Shown here in pieces: positions 28,709 through 39,617 of a stretch of DNA of 64,000 bases. The position numbers and the translations under genes are program-made. This DNA is from an uncultured Roseburia sp. GTDB taxonomy: Bacteria; Bacillota; Clostridia; Lachnospirales; Lachnospiraceae. Location of the stretch: assembly GCA_947088345.1 (NCBI GenBank), contig CAMUGE010000001.1, positions 85,657 to 149,656 on the forward strand, given 5' to 3'. The notes below the pieces were generated by a model, which saw nothing but the letters and a program-made list of their open reading frames with translations, did no database searches and had not been told where the DNA came from. Each line of letters starts with the position of its first letter. Position 1 is the stretch's first letter.

Positions 28709-28765
28709 AAACGAAATTTTCATTTGGAAATTGGTTTCCAATTTGTTTGTAAGGAGAAAATCAGC

Positions 28766-31183
28766 ATGAATACTTCATTAAAATGGATTCGGGATTTGGT
28801 GCCGGATTTGACTTGTACACCGCAGGAATACCGGGATGCAATGACATTGTCCGGTTCCAAAGTGGAAAATTACACCTGTATGGACAAGGATCTGGAGAAG
28901 ATCGTAATCGGGCAGGTAGTATCCATCGAAAAACATCCGGATGCGGATAAACTGATTATTTGTCAGGTTGATATCGGTTCAGACACGATTCAGATCGTAA
29001 CAGGAGCGCCCAATGTGACGGAGGGCTGTAAAATTCCCGTTGTCTTAGACGGCGGAAAAGTTGCCGGCGGACATGACGGTACGGTTACTCCGGGCGGAAT
29101 AAAGATAAAAAAGGGAAAATTGCGCGGCGTCGAGTCAAACGGCATGATGTGCTCAATTGAAGAACTGGGTTCGAACAGGGATATGTTCCCGCTTGCGCCG
29201 CAGGAGGGAATTTATATTCTGCCAAAAGACGCGCCAGTTGGGGCGGATGCTGTCGCCTATCTTGGGCTTGATGACGTTATTGTGGAATATGAGATCACGT
29301 CAAACCGCGTAGACTGCTTTTCTGTTCTCGGTATTGCAAGGGAAGCGGCTGCAACATTCGGAAAAGAATTTCATCCGCCAAAGATAACGGAGACAGGCAA
29401 CGGGGAAAATGTTTCCGACTATATCAAAGTAAAAATTCAAGACAGCGATCTGTGCTCCCGCTATGTGGCGAGAGTCGTAAAAAATATAAAGATTGCCCCC
29501 TCTCCGGAATGGATGCAGCGCAGGCTGCGCGCGCAGGGCATACGTCCGATCAACAATATTGTAGATATCACAAATTATGTGATGGAGGAGTATGGCCAGC
29601 CGATGCATGCTTACGATCTCGATACGATTGAGGGGCATGAGATTGTCGTGCGGCGCGCTAAAAAAGAAGAAAAATTTGTCACGCTGGACGGTCAGGAGCG
29701 CACGTTAGACGATAGTATTCTGATGATCTGCGACGGGAAGAAACCGGTCGGCATCGCGGGGATTATGGGCGGCGAAAATTCAATGATCACAGACAGCGTG
29801 ACGACGATGTTGTTTGAAGCGGCCTGTTTTGACGGTACAAATATACGTCTGTCCGGCAAAAAAATCGGAATGCGTACAGACGCGTCCTCAAAATTTGAAA
29901 AAGGTCTGGACCCGAATCAGGCGCTTGACGCAATTAACCGCGCCTGTCAGCTGATGGAAGAGCTTGGCGCAGGGGAAGTTGTAGGCGGAGTTGTTGACGT
30001 CTATGAGAGAGTCAAAGAGGGCAGGAAAATTCCGTTTGAGCCGGAAAAATACAATGCACTGCTCGGCACGGATATTCCGGCGCAGACAATGCTTTCCTAT
30101 TTCAGAAATCTGGATCTTCAATATGACGAAAAAACGAACGAGGTGCTGATCCCTTCATGGAGGCAGGATCTGGAGTGTGGCGCAGATCTGGCGGAGGAAG
30201 TAGCGCGTTTTTATGGATACGATAAGATTCCTGTTACACTTCCGAGCGGAGAGGCGACGATGGGCAAGCTTTCTTTTAAATTAAGAATAGAGGCGGTGGC
30301 AAGAGAAGTCGCTGAGTTTTGCGGGTTTTCGCAGGGGATGTGCTATTCGTTCGAAAGCCCGAAAGTATTTGATAAACTGCGCCTGCCCATTGACTCTTCG
30401 CTTCGCAATGCCGTTGTAATCAGTAATCCGCTGGGAGAAGATTTCTCCATTATGCGCACCATTTCCTTAAACGGAATGTTGAATTCACTGTCTGTTAACT
30501 ATAATCACAGAAATAAAAATGTACGTCTGTATGAACTGGGCAATATTTATCTGCCAAAACAGGTTCCGGTGACAGAACTGCCGGAAGAGCGGATGCAGTT
30601 TACGCTCGGTATGTACGGTGAAGGGGATTTCTATTCTATGAAAGGCGTGATCGAAGAATTTTTAAATAAGACGGGCCTTTCGCAAAAACCGGAATATGAT
30701 CCAAATGCCGAAAAACGTTTTCTGCACCCGGGACGCCAGGCAAATGTCATCTATGACGGCAGTGTGATCGGTTATCTGGGCGAGGTGCATCCGACTGTCG
30801 CGGCGGCTTATGAAATTAAGGAACGCGTTTATATAGCGGTAATCGATATGCCGCAGATTGTTGAAAAAGCTTCGTTTGACTATAAATATACGGGAATTGC
30901 AAAATTTCCCGCCGCCATGCGCGATATCTCCATGGTTGTCCCAAAAGAAGTACTTGCCGGCGATATTGAAAAAGTATTTGATGCAAAAGGCGGAAAATTA
31001 CTGGAAAGTTATGAACTGTTTGATGTCTATGAGGGCGTACAGATAAAGCCCGGCTGTAAATCCATCGCTTACTCGCTGACATTCCGGGCAAAAGACCGGA
31101 ATCTGGAAGAAGCGGATATCACCGGGGCGATGAATAAAATCATCAAAGCATTGGAAGGATTGGGAGCAGAGCTTCGCAAATAG
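28766..31183 (+). CDS. pheT: Phenylalanine-tRNA ligase beta subunit
   Basis: [52 protein letters not shown]. Confidence 0.98.
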   Translation: MNTSLKWIRDLVPDLTCTPQEYRDAMTLSGSKVENYTCMDKDLEKIVIGQVVSIEKHPDADKLIICQVDIGSDTIQIVTGAPNVTEGCKIPVVLDGGKVAGGHDGTVTPGGIKIKKGKLRGVESNGMMCSIEELGSNRDMFPLAPQEGIYILPKDAPVGADAVAYLGLDDVIVEYEITSNRVDCFSVLGIAREAAATFGKEFHPPKITETGNGENVSDYIKVKIQDSDLCSRYVARVVKNIKIAPSPEWMQRRLRAQGIRPINNIVDITNYVMEEYGQPMHAYDLDTIEGHEIVVRRAKKEEKFVTLDGQERTLDDSILMICDGKKPVGIAGIMGGENSMITDSVTTMLFEAACFDGTNIRLSGKKIGMRTDASSKFEKGLDPNQALDAINRACQLMEELGAGEVVGGVVDVYERVKEGRKIPFEPEKYNALLGTDIPAQTMLSYFRNLDLQYDEKTNEVLIPSWRQDLECGADLAEEVARFYGYDKIPVTLPSGEATMGKLSFKLRIEAVAREVAEFCGFSQGMCYSFESPKVFDKLRLPIDSSLRNAVVISNPLGEDFSIMRTISLNGMLNSLSVNYNHRNKNVRLYELGNIYLPKQVPVTELPEERMQFTLGMYGEGDFYSMKGVIEEFLNKTGLSQKPEYDPNAEKRFLHPGRQANVIYDGSVIGYLGEVHPTVAAAYEIKERVYIAVIDMPQIVEKASFDYKYTGIAKFPAAMRDISMVVPKEVLAGDIEKVFDAKGGKLLESYELFDVYEGVQIKPGCKSIAYSLTFRAKDRNLEEADITGAMNKIIKALEGLGAELRK

Positions 31184-31193
31184 CGTGAGAAAC

Positions 31194-32216
31194 ATGGACG
31201 TAAAAGATTTTTATTATGAACTTCCGCAGGAACTGATTGCGCAGGACCCGCTTTTTGACCGCTCGGGTTCCAGGCTAATGGTATTAAATCGAAAAGACGG
31301 AGGGATCTCACATCAGGTGTTTCGGGATATTGTGCAATATTTAAATCCCGGGGACTGTCTTGTGGTTAATAACACAAAGGTAATTCCGGCGCGTCTTTAC
31401 GGTGTGAAAGAAGGAACGCAGGCAAAGATAGAGATCCTTCTATTAAAGCGCAGGGAAAACGATGTCTGGGAGACACTGGTACGGCCTGGGAAGAAGTGCA
31501 GAATCGGAACAAAGATTCAGTTTGGCGACGGTATTTTGTCAGGTGAAGTGATTGGTATAGAGGACGAAGGAAACCGGCTGATTCATTTTTCCTATAACGG
31601 CATTTTCGAAGAGATTTTAGATCGTCTGGGCCAGATGCCGCTGCCGCCTTATATCACGCATCAGTTAAAAGACAAAGAGCGCTATCAGACTGTCTACGCA
31701 AAATATGACGGTTCTGCCGCCGCGCCGACGGCAGGGCTGCATTTTACGCCGCAGCTGCTTGCGCAGATTCAGGAGATGGGCGTTGCAATTGCCGAAGTTA
31801 CGCTGCATGTCGGGCTGGGGACGTTTCGTCCGGTCAAAGAGCAGGATGTGTTAAAGCACCATATGCATTCCGAATTTTATTCCATAGATCAGTCGGCCGC
31901 AGATCTGATTAACAGGACAAAGGGGCGCGGCGGCAGGGTGATTGCAGTCGGTACGACGAGCACAAGAACGCTTGAGTCAGCTTCGGACGACGGAAAACTG
32001 TCTGCAAAAAGCGGCTGGACAGATATTTTTATCTATCCGGGGTATCAGTTTCAAGTGATTGACGCACTGATTACAAATTTCCATTTGCCGGAGTCAACTT
32101 TGATTATGCTGGTATCGGCGCTTGCAGGCAGAGAATCTGTGCTGCGCGCTTATGAGACTGCCGTGCAGGAGAAGTATCGGTTTTTCAGCTTCGGGGATGC
32201 GATGCTTATCATTTGA
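31194..32216 (+). CDS. queA: S-adenosylmethionine:tRNA ribosyltransferase-isomerase
   Basis: [56 protein letters not shown]. Confidence 0.97.
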   Translation: MDVKDFYYELPQELIAQDPLFDRSGSRLMVLNRKDGGISHQVFRDIVQYLNPGDCLVVNNTKVIPARLYGVKEGTQAKIEILLLKRRENDVWETLVRPGKKCRIGTKIQFGDGILSGEVIGIEDEGNRLIHFSYNGIFEEILDRLGQMPLPPYITHQLKDKERYQTVYAKYDGSAAAPTAGLHFTPQLLAQIQEMGVAIAEVTLHVGLGTFRPVKEQDVLKHHMHSEFYSIDQSAADLINRTKGRGGRVIAVGTTSTRTLESASDDGKLSAKSGWTDIFIYPGYQFQVIDALITNFHLPESTLIMLVSALAGRESVLRAYETAVQEKYRFFSFGDAMLII

Positions 32217-32357
32217 TGCAGAATGCTGCATTTGTGAAGTGGCGGCAGATTTAAGAGTAATGAGCAAAGCCGCACATGGGGCAGACTAAGAAATTGACAT
32301 GGGATTGGTATTGATCGGGCGTATGCGAAACAGGCAGTCGGCTCAGTGGACAATAGT

Positions 32358-32399
32358 ATTACCTGGCAGGTAGAGATTACCTGTCGGGTAATTTTTTTT
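32358..32399 (+). terminator. Intrinsic terminator downstream of queA
   Basis: ATTACCTGGCAGGTA-gagat-TACCTGTCGGGTAAT (two GU pairs) followed by a T tract. Confidence 0.75.
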
Positions 32400-32503
32400 A
32401 GTTTTTCCAAAAAACTTTCTGTAATGGCAATTGAGGATGGAGAAAATGAACCGGATATCTACAAACTGCGGAAGATATTTTTGATAAATTGCATAAAAAT
32501 TTA

Positions 32504-32532
32504 TTGCCATATTAATAAAAAATTGTTATAAT
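32504..32532 (+). promoter_or_regulatory. Sigma-A promoter for the giant pectinase gene
   Basis: TTGCCA-17-TATAAT with extended -10 TG. Confidence 0.65.
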
Positions 32533-32643
32533 ATACAATGAATTTATTTCCTATAAGGAATGAGTTGTACAATTAGGAGTGAAAAGTGGTGAAAATCAAA
32601 GTGTTGTCAGCAGGATTCACAACACAAAAAAAGGAGGTTATTT

Positions 32644-35600
32644 ATGAGAAAGAAATTGTCGGCGTACATACTGGCGGCTGCTATGGCGATAACCGGTATT
32701 GTACAGACAGACGCGGCGGCATTTGGACAAAATGCGACGGATGCCGCCATGGAAAGGATCGCAGCGTCGGGCGTGGATGTAACAGACACTGCGAAAGCCG
32801 AGGAACTGGGCAGCGAAAGCTATAAACAGATCACGCGGGAGACATCCACATTTGTTTTCGGTAAGGATGTGACGGATAAAAGCGGTTATTCCCAGGCGGC
32901 GGGTAAGGGCTTTTCCCGTGTAGAGTTTCCGAACGATGCAGTCGGCTGGGATGGCGGCGGCAGCGGCAAAGGCGTTTATCATCCGAGAGAGGCCGTGAGA
33001 ACAGAGGGCGATACCATTTATGTCGCGGCTGCAGACGGAGCGCTTGCAATCTCTTCCAGGGTGTGGACGGAGAAAGAAAGCACAGGATACGGCGTTTATA
33101 CATATGAAGAGACAGATACATTTGATCTTGATTGTGCGAGCGCTGATTATGAGATTGCAGTGGAATTTGTAAATCCCGGATCTGCACCATATACGGCTTA
33201 TGTAGAGGCGGAAGATATCTCCAGAGGATATGATTATACAGAGGACGCCAACAAAAATAAGGTTGCAGTGACAAATGTTACGGTGGCCCCGGGCGAGACA
33301 AAGCCGATTACGGTAAATGCATGTGTTTACGATGGTCAGCTGAATCTGAAGTTTCTTGCGGCAAGCGATGCCACATCAAGGGCGGGAGCAGCCAAACAGA
33401 CCGTATATGTCTCTGAAGTGACCGTGACGAGAAAAGCGACGGAAGAAGCCGGCGCAAAGCCGACGATCTATCTTGTCAGCGATTCTACCGTACAGTCCTA
33501 CACAGATTATTATGCTCCGCAAACCGGGTGGGGCGAAGTGCTCTGCGAGTATTTTGGGGCTTCTGATTATAAGAAGACGGCAAAGGATTGCGCCAACAGT
33601 GTGCGTCATGAATCGCAGGTTTATGAAACCGAGCATGTGATTGTGGAGAACCGTGCGCTTGGCGGCCGTTCGTCCGCTTCCTTTATACAGGAAGGTCTGT
33701 TGGACGATGTGCTCGAGGATGTAAAGCCGGGGGATTATTTGTTTGTTCAGTTTGGCCATAACGATAATACTCCATCGAGGCCGAACCGCTATGTGGCGCC
33801 TGCAGATTTTGGAAAGTGGATACAGACGTATGTAAACGGCGCGATACAAAGAGGCGTGACGCCGGTTCTTGTGACGCCGGTAGCCCGTTACGATTATTCG
33901 ACAAATTCAGACGGTTCCTTAAAATCCTTTAACAGCGGTTTTGCCAAATATGGCGCTGTAATGAAAGAGATTTCAAAAGAACAGAATATTCCGCTGATCG
34001 ACCTGACAGCGCGCACGATCGCAGTGTGCAACAAATACGGGATCGAGGGAAGTAAAACGCTGTTCCTTCATGTTGCCGCGGGGGTATACGAAGGGCAGTA
34101 TAAGAACGGTGCGACGGATAATACGCATTTGCAGGTACTCGGTGCAAGAGAGTTTTCCAAGTGCGTGGCGCAGGGATTAAAGGCGGGCAAACATCCGGCG
34201 CTCTCTGCGATTGCACAGTATGTGGATGTGGAAATGCCGCCGAATGCGCCGGAGAATGTGCATTGCGTCAGTCCGTCCGAGGGGGAGACAACACTGCAGC
34301 ATTCTGTTACGATTGCATGGGACGCTTCAGAGGGTGCAGAGAGCTATATTGTTTACCGGCGCTCTTCCAATGGTGAATTTGAAAAAATTGCCGAGGTAAA
34401 CACGACATCTTACGAGGACAGCAATGATATTGCGACAAATATTCACCACTATTATACGGTTGCAGCAAGCAATTCCGTCGGTGTAGGCGAGCAGTCAGAT
34501 GTCTGCGAAACGCCGATTGCAGGTTCGCTGACACAGGCCAACAGGGAGACGTACAGCGACAGGGCGCTGACCGGTATTGACCTGGCAGGCGGCAAGGGAG
34601 CTAAAACGCTCTTATCCGCTACAGACGCGGACGGAAATGAATATACTTCCGGCGTATATTTAAGCTGGAGAAGTTATGAGGCAGATTTTGACGCGCAAAA
34701 TAAGTTGGAAACCACGTTTGATGTATATAAGGGTGAGACAAAGATCGCTTCGGGTATTCAGGTGACAAACCTGATCGACCCGTCAGGCAGTGCAGCCGAT
34801 ACCTACAGAGTAGTCGGAAGCAACGACGACACGATCGGGGTAACGTCAAAAGAAATCAAACCGTGGAATAAACAGTATCTCGAATTTAGCCTGTATGCTC
34901 CGGCGGACGCTGTAATGCCGGATAAATCAAAATGTACTTACAGCGCAAACGATATGTCGGTTGGCGATGTGGACGGCGACGGCGTTTTAGAGCTGATTGT
35001 AAAATGGTATCCGTCCAATGCACAGGATAATTCCAAGGGCGGTTATACAGGAAATACATTTTTGGATACTTATAAGCTTGACTGTTCTGCGGGGACGGCA
35101 AAATTAATGACCCGTATCGATATGGGGGTCAATATTCGTTCCGGAGCTCACTATACACAGTTCCAGGTATGGGATTTTGACGGCGACGGGAAAGCGGAAT
35201 TAGCAGTAAAAACTGCAGACGGAACGACAACTTACAAAAGCAAGGACGGGACGGCGGCCAATTTAGAGAAAGTGACGCATGTTGGAGCTGTAGATACGGA
35301 TGCGCTTCCGGTTGGCACACAGCAGTCGGCGGCACAGCACGATCATCGTAATTCTTCTGGCTATGTACTGGACGGTGAGGAATATTTTTCATTTTTTAAC
35401 CTGGACGACGGAACGAAAGCAGGAGACGAGGTAGAGTATGTGCCGGTGCGCGGAAAGGTTGATGACTGGGGGGATAGTTACGGTAATCGTGTTGACAGGT
35501 TTTTATCGGCTGTAGCATATCTGGATGGCGAGAATCCTTATGCCGTATTCTGCCGCGGTTATTATACAAGAACAACGCTGACTGCATATTATTACGACAG

Positions 35601-38600
35601 GGCGGATGGGAAGATTAAAACGCTTTGGAAATTTGATACGGACAAGGACGGTAAGTCATACTGTTCTCAGGGTAACCATGGCATTTCTGTCAATGATGTA
35701 GACGGCGATGGAAAGGATGAGATTGTCTATGGTTCTCTGACAATTGACCATAACGGAAAAGCGCTGTATACGACAGGCCTTGGGCACGGGGATGCAATGC
35801 ATGTATCCGACTGGATGCCATGGCGCGACGGATTGGAGATCATGAATGTTCATGAGGAGGGCGCAGCGAAATATAAAGCGGAAATTCATGACGCCGCCAC
35901 AGGCGAAATTCTGATGGGATATTGGATTAAAGAGGATACCGGGCGAGGCGCAGCGGCCGATATCGACCCGACGGCTCCCGGCGCAGAGTGGTGGACCATT
36001 GCAAAACCGGGATATAACGGCAAGCCGGTATGGAATTCTTTGGACGGCGCCGTGATGTCTACGACTTCGACATTGGAAAATACTGTAATGCTGGCAGATG
36101 TGAATCCGCCTGCAAACTTTACGCTGTTCTGGGACGGAGATCTGTTAAGCGAGATTCAGGATCACAATTTTAATGAATCCAACGGATATGTTCCGGTCGG
36201 AAGTAATATCTTAAAGTGGGATTATGAGAATAACAGAACGGAAGAATTGCTGTATTCCGAAGAAATTTGGTCAAATAACGGTACGAAAGGAAATATGGGA
36301 CTTGTAGCTGATATCCTTGGCGACTGGCGGGAGGAGATTATTACAAGGACAACGGACGCTGCGAATGCGGATGGAAGCTATATTGATGCCAACAATAAGA
36401 TACGCGTTTATATGACGACAATTCAAACCGACTATGTTGTACCCTGCCTGCTTGAAAATCTTGCGTACAGAGAAGGAATTGCATGGCAGAATGTAGCTTA
36501 CAATCAGCCGGCAAACCTGGATTACTTATTGTCAGAGAATGTGATTACCGCACAGCTTACTGCGATTGACAGTGATGCAAAGGAGACAAAAATCGGGTTT
36601 ACCGCAGCTAATGACGGTAAGTATGGCCATAAGATTGTGGGCTACACTATTTACAGAGCAGATGTGGATGCAGAGGGAAAAGCCGGCGCATATACAAAGA
36701 CAGAAACGCTTACGGCAGAGCAGCTTACAGCGGCAGAACCGGGTGCGCAGTATGATTATGTATATACGGATACGGCAGTAGATTACAATAAGACTTACAG
36801 TTATAAGATTGCAGCTGTTGTAGAAGCGCAGGGCGTTATCGCAGGAGACAGTGCAACGGCAGGCCAGGCAGTGACGAGAGATTCCTACTTGTCGAGAGCG
36901 GTTACGGCAGACACACCAGTGGATATTGCTTCTGTCGATCCTGTTGTATTAGAGGATCTTGTGCAGGGGACGCCATGCGAGAGTGTTGCGGATTTACTGC
37001 CAAAGACCGTTAAGGTAACAGATAAAGACGGCAACAAAGCGGATGCAAAAGTTACCTGGGACGTATCGGGCGTTAACCTGGCAGAGGTTGGCACATACAA
37101 TGTGAAAGCCAAAATAAAAGGGTATGCGCAGGAAATGAGCGCAACGCTGAAAGTTATCGCAAACGTGATGACGGACCAGAGTATTAAAGAATTTAATATT
37201 GTAAAAGACAAGACAGATTTATACGAAGTGCTGCCGAGGACGATGACACTGAAGTTTTTGAATGGGGTAGAAGCAGAAGTAACAGTTATATGGGATAAGG
37301 AGAGCGTAGAACAGATTGATACTTCTGTGGTTGGCGCTTCCTATGAAGTGAAAGGTATCTGGAAGAATGACGAGATCATTGCATCGGATCGGACAATTAC
37401 AATAACGGCAAAGATTGTAACAAACTTTATTGTTTCGGTGGAACAGGTCAGCGTGGATGTCGAAACCGGCACGGGCGATCTGCTGGCAGTACTTCCGAAG
37501 AATGTGCTGGCAACCTATCAGAACGGAGATCAGCAGCAGGTAGAGATTGTATGGTCGCAGGAAGACCTTGCAAAAGTGGATACGACGAAACCGGGCGCTT
37601 ATGAGGTTGGTTTTACGACAGATGGGTACGAGGGCGTATTTAAAGCAGAGATTCATGTTTTGTATCCGACCTTGCATAAGTTTGATTTCGGTATTGATCC
37701 AAAGTTGAAAGACGATGGATGGACTGCGATTACATTGAATCCAAAGAAAGGTACCAAGACAATCGATGAGCTTCAGCTTACTTACTCTGATGAAAAAGGT
37801 TATGGTTTTACGGACGGAACAGCAGTGATAGAAGGACGTACCGAGACCTATACACAGGAAGGTATTTATTCCAAGAATGTTTATCAGGATTTGGCAATTC
37901 CGAATCCCGGCAATACATTTGCGGTAAAAGTACCGAACGGCAGGTATCAGGTTCTGATTATGTCAGGAAGTCAGGACAAATCAAGAAACGTAATCACGGG
38001 CACTCTCGAAGGAACGGTTGATGTCAATGTAAGCTCTGATTCAAAGACATATACGGTAGGAACTTTTGAGGTGGATGTCGAGGACGGAAGACTTGATTTC
38101 ACATGGACAGGAAAGAACGGCAGAACCAATATGATGATTATCAGGCGAATGGCAAGCATGACCCTGTCTAAACAGACGGCGGAACTTCATCCGGACGAGA
38201 CGCTGGAATTGTCTGTTTCCTATTTCCGAGACGAGTATAATCCGGAAGAAACGGCGGAGGGCGCTGTCTGGTCATCTGACAATGAGAGCGTTGCGACAGT
38301 CGATGAGAACGGTACGGTAAAAGCAGTTGCGCTTGGCACAGCGGTAATCACTGCGGCGAAGAACGATGTGAAAGCTTCTTGTATCGTGACAGTAGTTCCG
38401 AAATCAGGAGGAGACGATAACCCGCCGGGACCGGGAGGAGACAATAACCCGCCGGGACCAGGAGGAGACAATAATCCGCCAGGACCGGGAGGAGACGTAA
38501 CACCGCCGCCAGGAGGAGACAATAACCCGCCGGAACCGGGAGGAGACGTAACACCGCCGTCGGGAGGAGACATTACACCGCCGGGAAGTAATCTTACAGA

Positions 38601-39327
38601 AGAACAGAAAAAACAGGTAGAGACGCTGACGAAAAAACTGGGAGTTTCAGAGGAGACAGCAATTAAGATCCAGGCAGTGGGAGAGCAATACGACGTACCG
38701 GAACAGACGCTTTTGATCAGTGACAAAACGATCACAGGACAAAAATCAGAGGCGGATATCAAGGGATCTACGTTTGCAGTTCTTCAGGCGCGCGTATCAA
38801 AAACCACGAACACGCAGATTACGCTTAAGTGGACTAAAGTAAAGGGTGCGGACGGTTATCTGATCTATGGAAACAAGTGCGGTAAATCTAACAAATACAA
38901 ATTGATTAAGACAATTAAGAAAAACAGTACTACTACTTTCACGCAGAAGAAATTAAAGAAAGGAACTTTCTATAAGTACATTGTGCGTGCATACAAAGAA
39001 GTAGACGGTCATAAGATTACGCTTGCCGCGTCGAAGACGATCCATTTTGTGACGAACGGCGGCAAGAGCGGAAATGAGAAATCCGTCAGCGTAAACAAGA
39101 CGAAAGTGAACCTGAAAAAAGGCAGGAGCTTTACCATTAAGGCAAAGGCAGTAAAAGGTTCCAAGAAGATTGTATCGCACAGAAAGATCAGCTATGAGTC
39201 AGGAAATCCGAAAGTGGCGAAAGTGACGGCAAAAGGAAAAGTCACTGCGCTGGCAAAGGGCACATGTACGATCTATGTGTATTCACAGAGCGGATTATTC
39301 AAAAAAATTACAATTACCGTCAAATAG
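32644..39327 (+). CDS. Secreted multimodular rhamnogalacturonan acetylesterase (CE12-like SGNH) plus rhamnogalacturonan lyase (PL11-like) with FN3, Ig-like and beta-sandwich modules
   Basis: Signal peptide; SGNH blocks VSDST/GGRS/QFGHND/DNTH; PL11 motifs YSANDMSVGDVDGDG..KW, IRSGAHYTQF, QGNH, GHGDAMH; Ig-like repeats; C-terminal FN3 and Big_2-like domains. Confidence 0.9.
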   Translation: MRKKLSAYILAAAMAITGIVQTDAAAFGQNATDAAMERIAASGVDVTDTAKAEELGSESYKQITRETSTFVFGKDVTDKSGYSQAAGKGFSRVEFPNDAVGWDGGGSGKGVYHPREAVRTEGDTIYVAAADGALAISSRVWTEKESTGYGVYTYEETDTFDLDCASADYEIAVEFVNPGSAPYTAYVEAEDISRGYDYTEDANKNKVAVTNVTVAPGETKPITVNACVYDGQLNLKFLAASDATSRAGAAKQTVYVSEVTVTRKATEEAGAKPTIYLVSDSTVQSYTDYYAPQTGWGEVLCEYFGASDYKKTAKDCANSVRHESQVYETEHVIVENRALGGRSSASFIQEGLLDDVLEDVKPGDYLFVQFGHNDNTPSRPNRYVAPADFGKWIQTYVNGAIQRGVTPVLVTPVARYDYSTNSDGSLKSFNSGFAKYGAVMKEISKEQNIPLIDLTARTIAVCNKYGIEGSKTLFLHVAAGVYEGQYKNGATDNTHLQVLGAREFSKCVAQGLKAGKHPALSAIAQYVDVEMPPNAPENVHCVSPSEGETTLQHSVTIAWDASEGAESYIVYRRSSNGEFEKIAEVNTTSYEDSNDIATNIHHYYTVAASNSVGVGEQSDVCETPIAGSLTQANRETYSDRALTGIDLAGGKGAKTLLSATDADGNEYTSGVYLSWRSYEADFDAQNKLETTFDVYKGETKIASGIQVTNLIDPSGSAADTYRVVGSNDDTIGVTSKEIKPWNKQYLEFSLYAPADAVMPDKSKCTYSANDMSVGDVDGDGVLELIVKWYPSNAQDNSKGGYTGNTFLDTYKLDCSAGTAKLMTRIDMGVNIRSGAHYTQFQVWDFDGDGKAELAVKTADGTTTYKSKDGTAANLEKVTHVGAVDTDALPVGTQQSAAQHDHRNSSGYVLDGEEYFSFFNLDDGTKAGDEVEYVPVRGKVDDWGDSYGNRVDRFLSAVAYLDGENPYAVFCRGYYTRTTLTAYYYDRADGKIKTLWKFDTDKDGKSYCSQGNHGISVNDVDGDGKDEIVYGSLTIDHNGKALYTTGLGHGDAMHVSDWMPWRDGLEIMNVHEEGAAKYKAEIHDAATGEILMGYWIKEDTGRGAAADIDPTAPGAEWWTIAKPGYNGKPVWNSLDGAVMSTTSTLENTVMLADVNPPANFTLFWDGDLLSEIQDHNFNESNGYVPVGSNILKWDYENNRTEELLYSEEIWSNNGTKGNMGLVADILGDWREEIITRTTDAANADGSYIDANNKIRVYMTTIQTDYVVPCLLENLAYREGIAWQNVAYNQPANLDYLLSENVITAQLTAIDSDAKETKIGFTAANDGKYGHKIVGYTIYRADVDAEGKAGAYTKTETLTAEQLTAAEPGAQYDYVYTDTAVDYNKTYSYKIAAVVEAQGVIAGDSATAGQAVTRDSYLSRAVTADTPVDIASVDPVVLEDLVQGTPCESVADLLPKTVKVTDKDGNKADAKVTWDVSGVNLAEVGTYNVKAKIKGYAQEMSATLKVIANVMTDQSIKEFNIVKDKTDLYEVLPRTMTLKFLNGVEAEVTVIWDKESVEQIDTSVVGASYEVKGIWKNDEIIASDRTITITAKIVTNFIVSVEQVSVDVETGTGDLLAVLPKNVLATYQNGDQQQVEIVWSQEDLAKVDTTKPGAYEVGFTTDGYEGVFKAEIHVLYPTLHKFDFGIDPKLKDDGWTAITLNPKKGTKTIDELQLTYSDEKGYGFTDGTAVIEGRTETYTQEGIYSKNVYQDLAIPNPGNTFAVKVPNGRYQVLIMSGSQDKSRNVITGTLEGTVDVNVSSDSKTYTVGTFEVDVEDGRLDFTWTGKNGRTNMMIIRRMASMTLSKQTAELHPDETLELSVSYFRDEYNPEETAEGAVWSSDNESVATVDENGTVKAVALGTAVITAAKNDVKASCIVTVVPKSGGDDNPPGPGGDNNPPGPGGDNNPPGPGGDVTPPPGGDNNPPEPGGDVTPPSGGDITPPGSNLTEEQKKQVETLTKKLGVSEETAIKIQAVGEQYDVPEQTLLISDKTITGQKSEADIKGSTFAVLQARVSKTTNTQITLKWTKVKGADGYLIYGNKCGKSNKYKLIKTIKKNSTTTFTQKKLKKGTFYKYIVRAYKEVDGHKITLAASKTIHFVTNGGKSGNEKSVSVNKTKVNLKKGRSFTIKAKAVKGSKKIVSHRKISYESGNPKVAKVTAKGKVTALAKGTCTIYVYSQSGLFKKITITVK
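38407..38586 (+). repeat. Coding Gly/Pro linker repeat (7 units of 24-27 nt)
   Basis: GGDDNPPGP, GGDNNPPGP x2, GGDVTPPP, GGDNNPPEP, GGDVTPPS, GGDITPPG. Confidence 0.9.
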
Positions 39328-39352
39328 CTTTTAAACTGATCCGGGCTTAAAC

Positions 39353-39399
39353 AAAAACACCATACCCCTGTCATAATGAAGTGGGGTATGGTGTTTTTT
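39353..39399 (+). terminator. Intrinsic terminator
   Basis: AAAAACACCATACCCC ... GGGGTATGGTGTTTTT perfect 16-bp inverted repeat. Confidence 0.9.
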
Positions 39400-39525
39400 C
39401 GTAAAAGATACCGTAAATTTTTGTCTTTTTTCAGGAATGCTTGTCATAAAGGTAATTTTATTGTTATGATGAAAAGGAACAGAAAGCGGGGAGGGGGCAT
39501 CGTGTGAAAAATACGTTTTTCACAC

Positions 39526-39611
39526 GGCGATTTGTGTCTGCACTCTGCCTGCCACAAAGTCGCTTATGCGCATAAAGCGAATGCGAACTGCGTTCGCAAT
39601 GCAGAAATGGA
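39526..39611 (+). repeat. Dispersed palindromic leader repeat, copy 2
   Basis: GGCGATTTGTGTCTGC..AAAGTCGCTTATGCGCATAAAGCGAATGCGAACTGCGTTCGCAATGCAGAAATGGA, near-identical to 41945-42021. Confidence 0.9.
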
Positions 39612-39617
39612 GTATTT

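Noticed and set aside
32217-32357. preQ1 riboswitch or small RNA near queA
   Set aside because: Region is downstream of queA, lacks the preQ1 stem-loop plus A-rich tail, and the only clear structure is the terminator
39501-39525. GTGTGAAAAA/TTTTTCACAC inverted repeat upstream of the MCP
   Set aside because: Real 10-bp inverted repeat abutting repeat copy 2, but absent from copy 3 and not assignable to an operator or terminator
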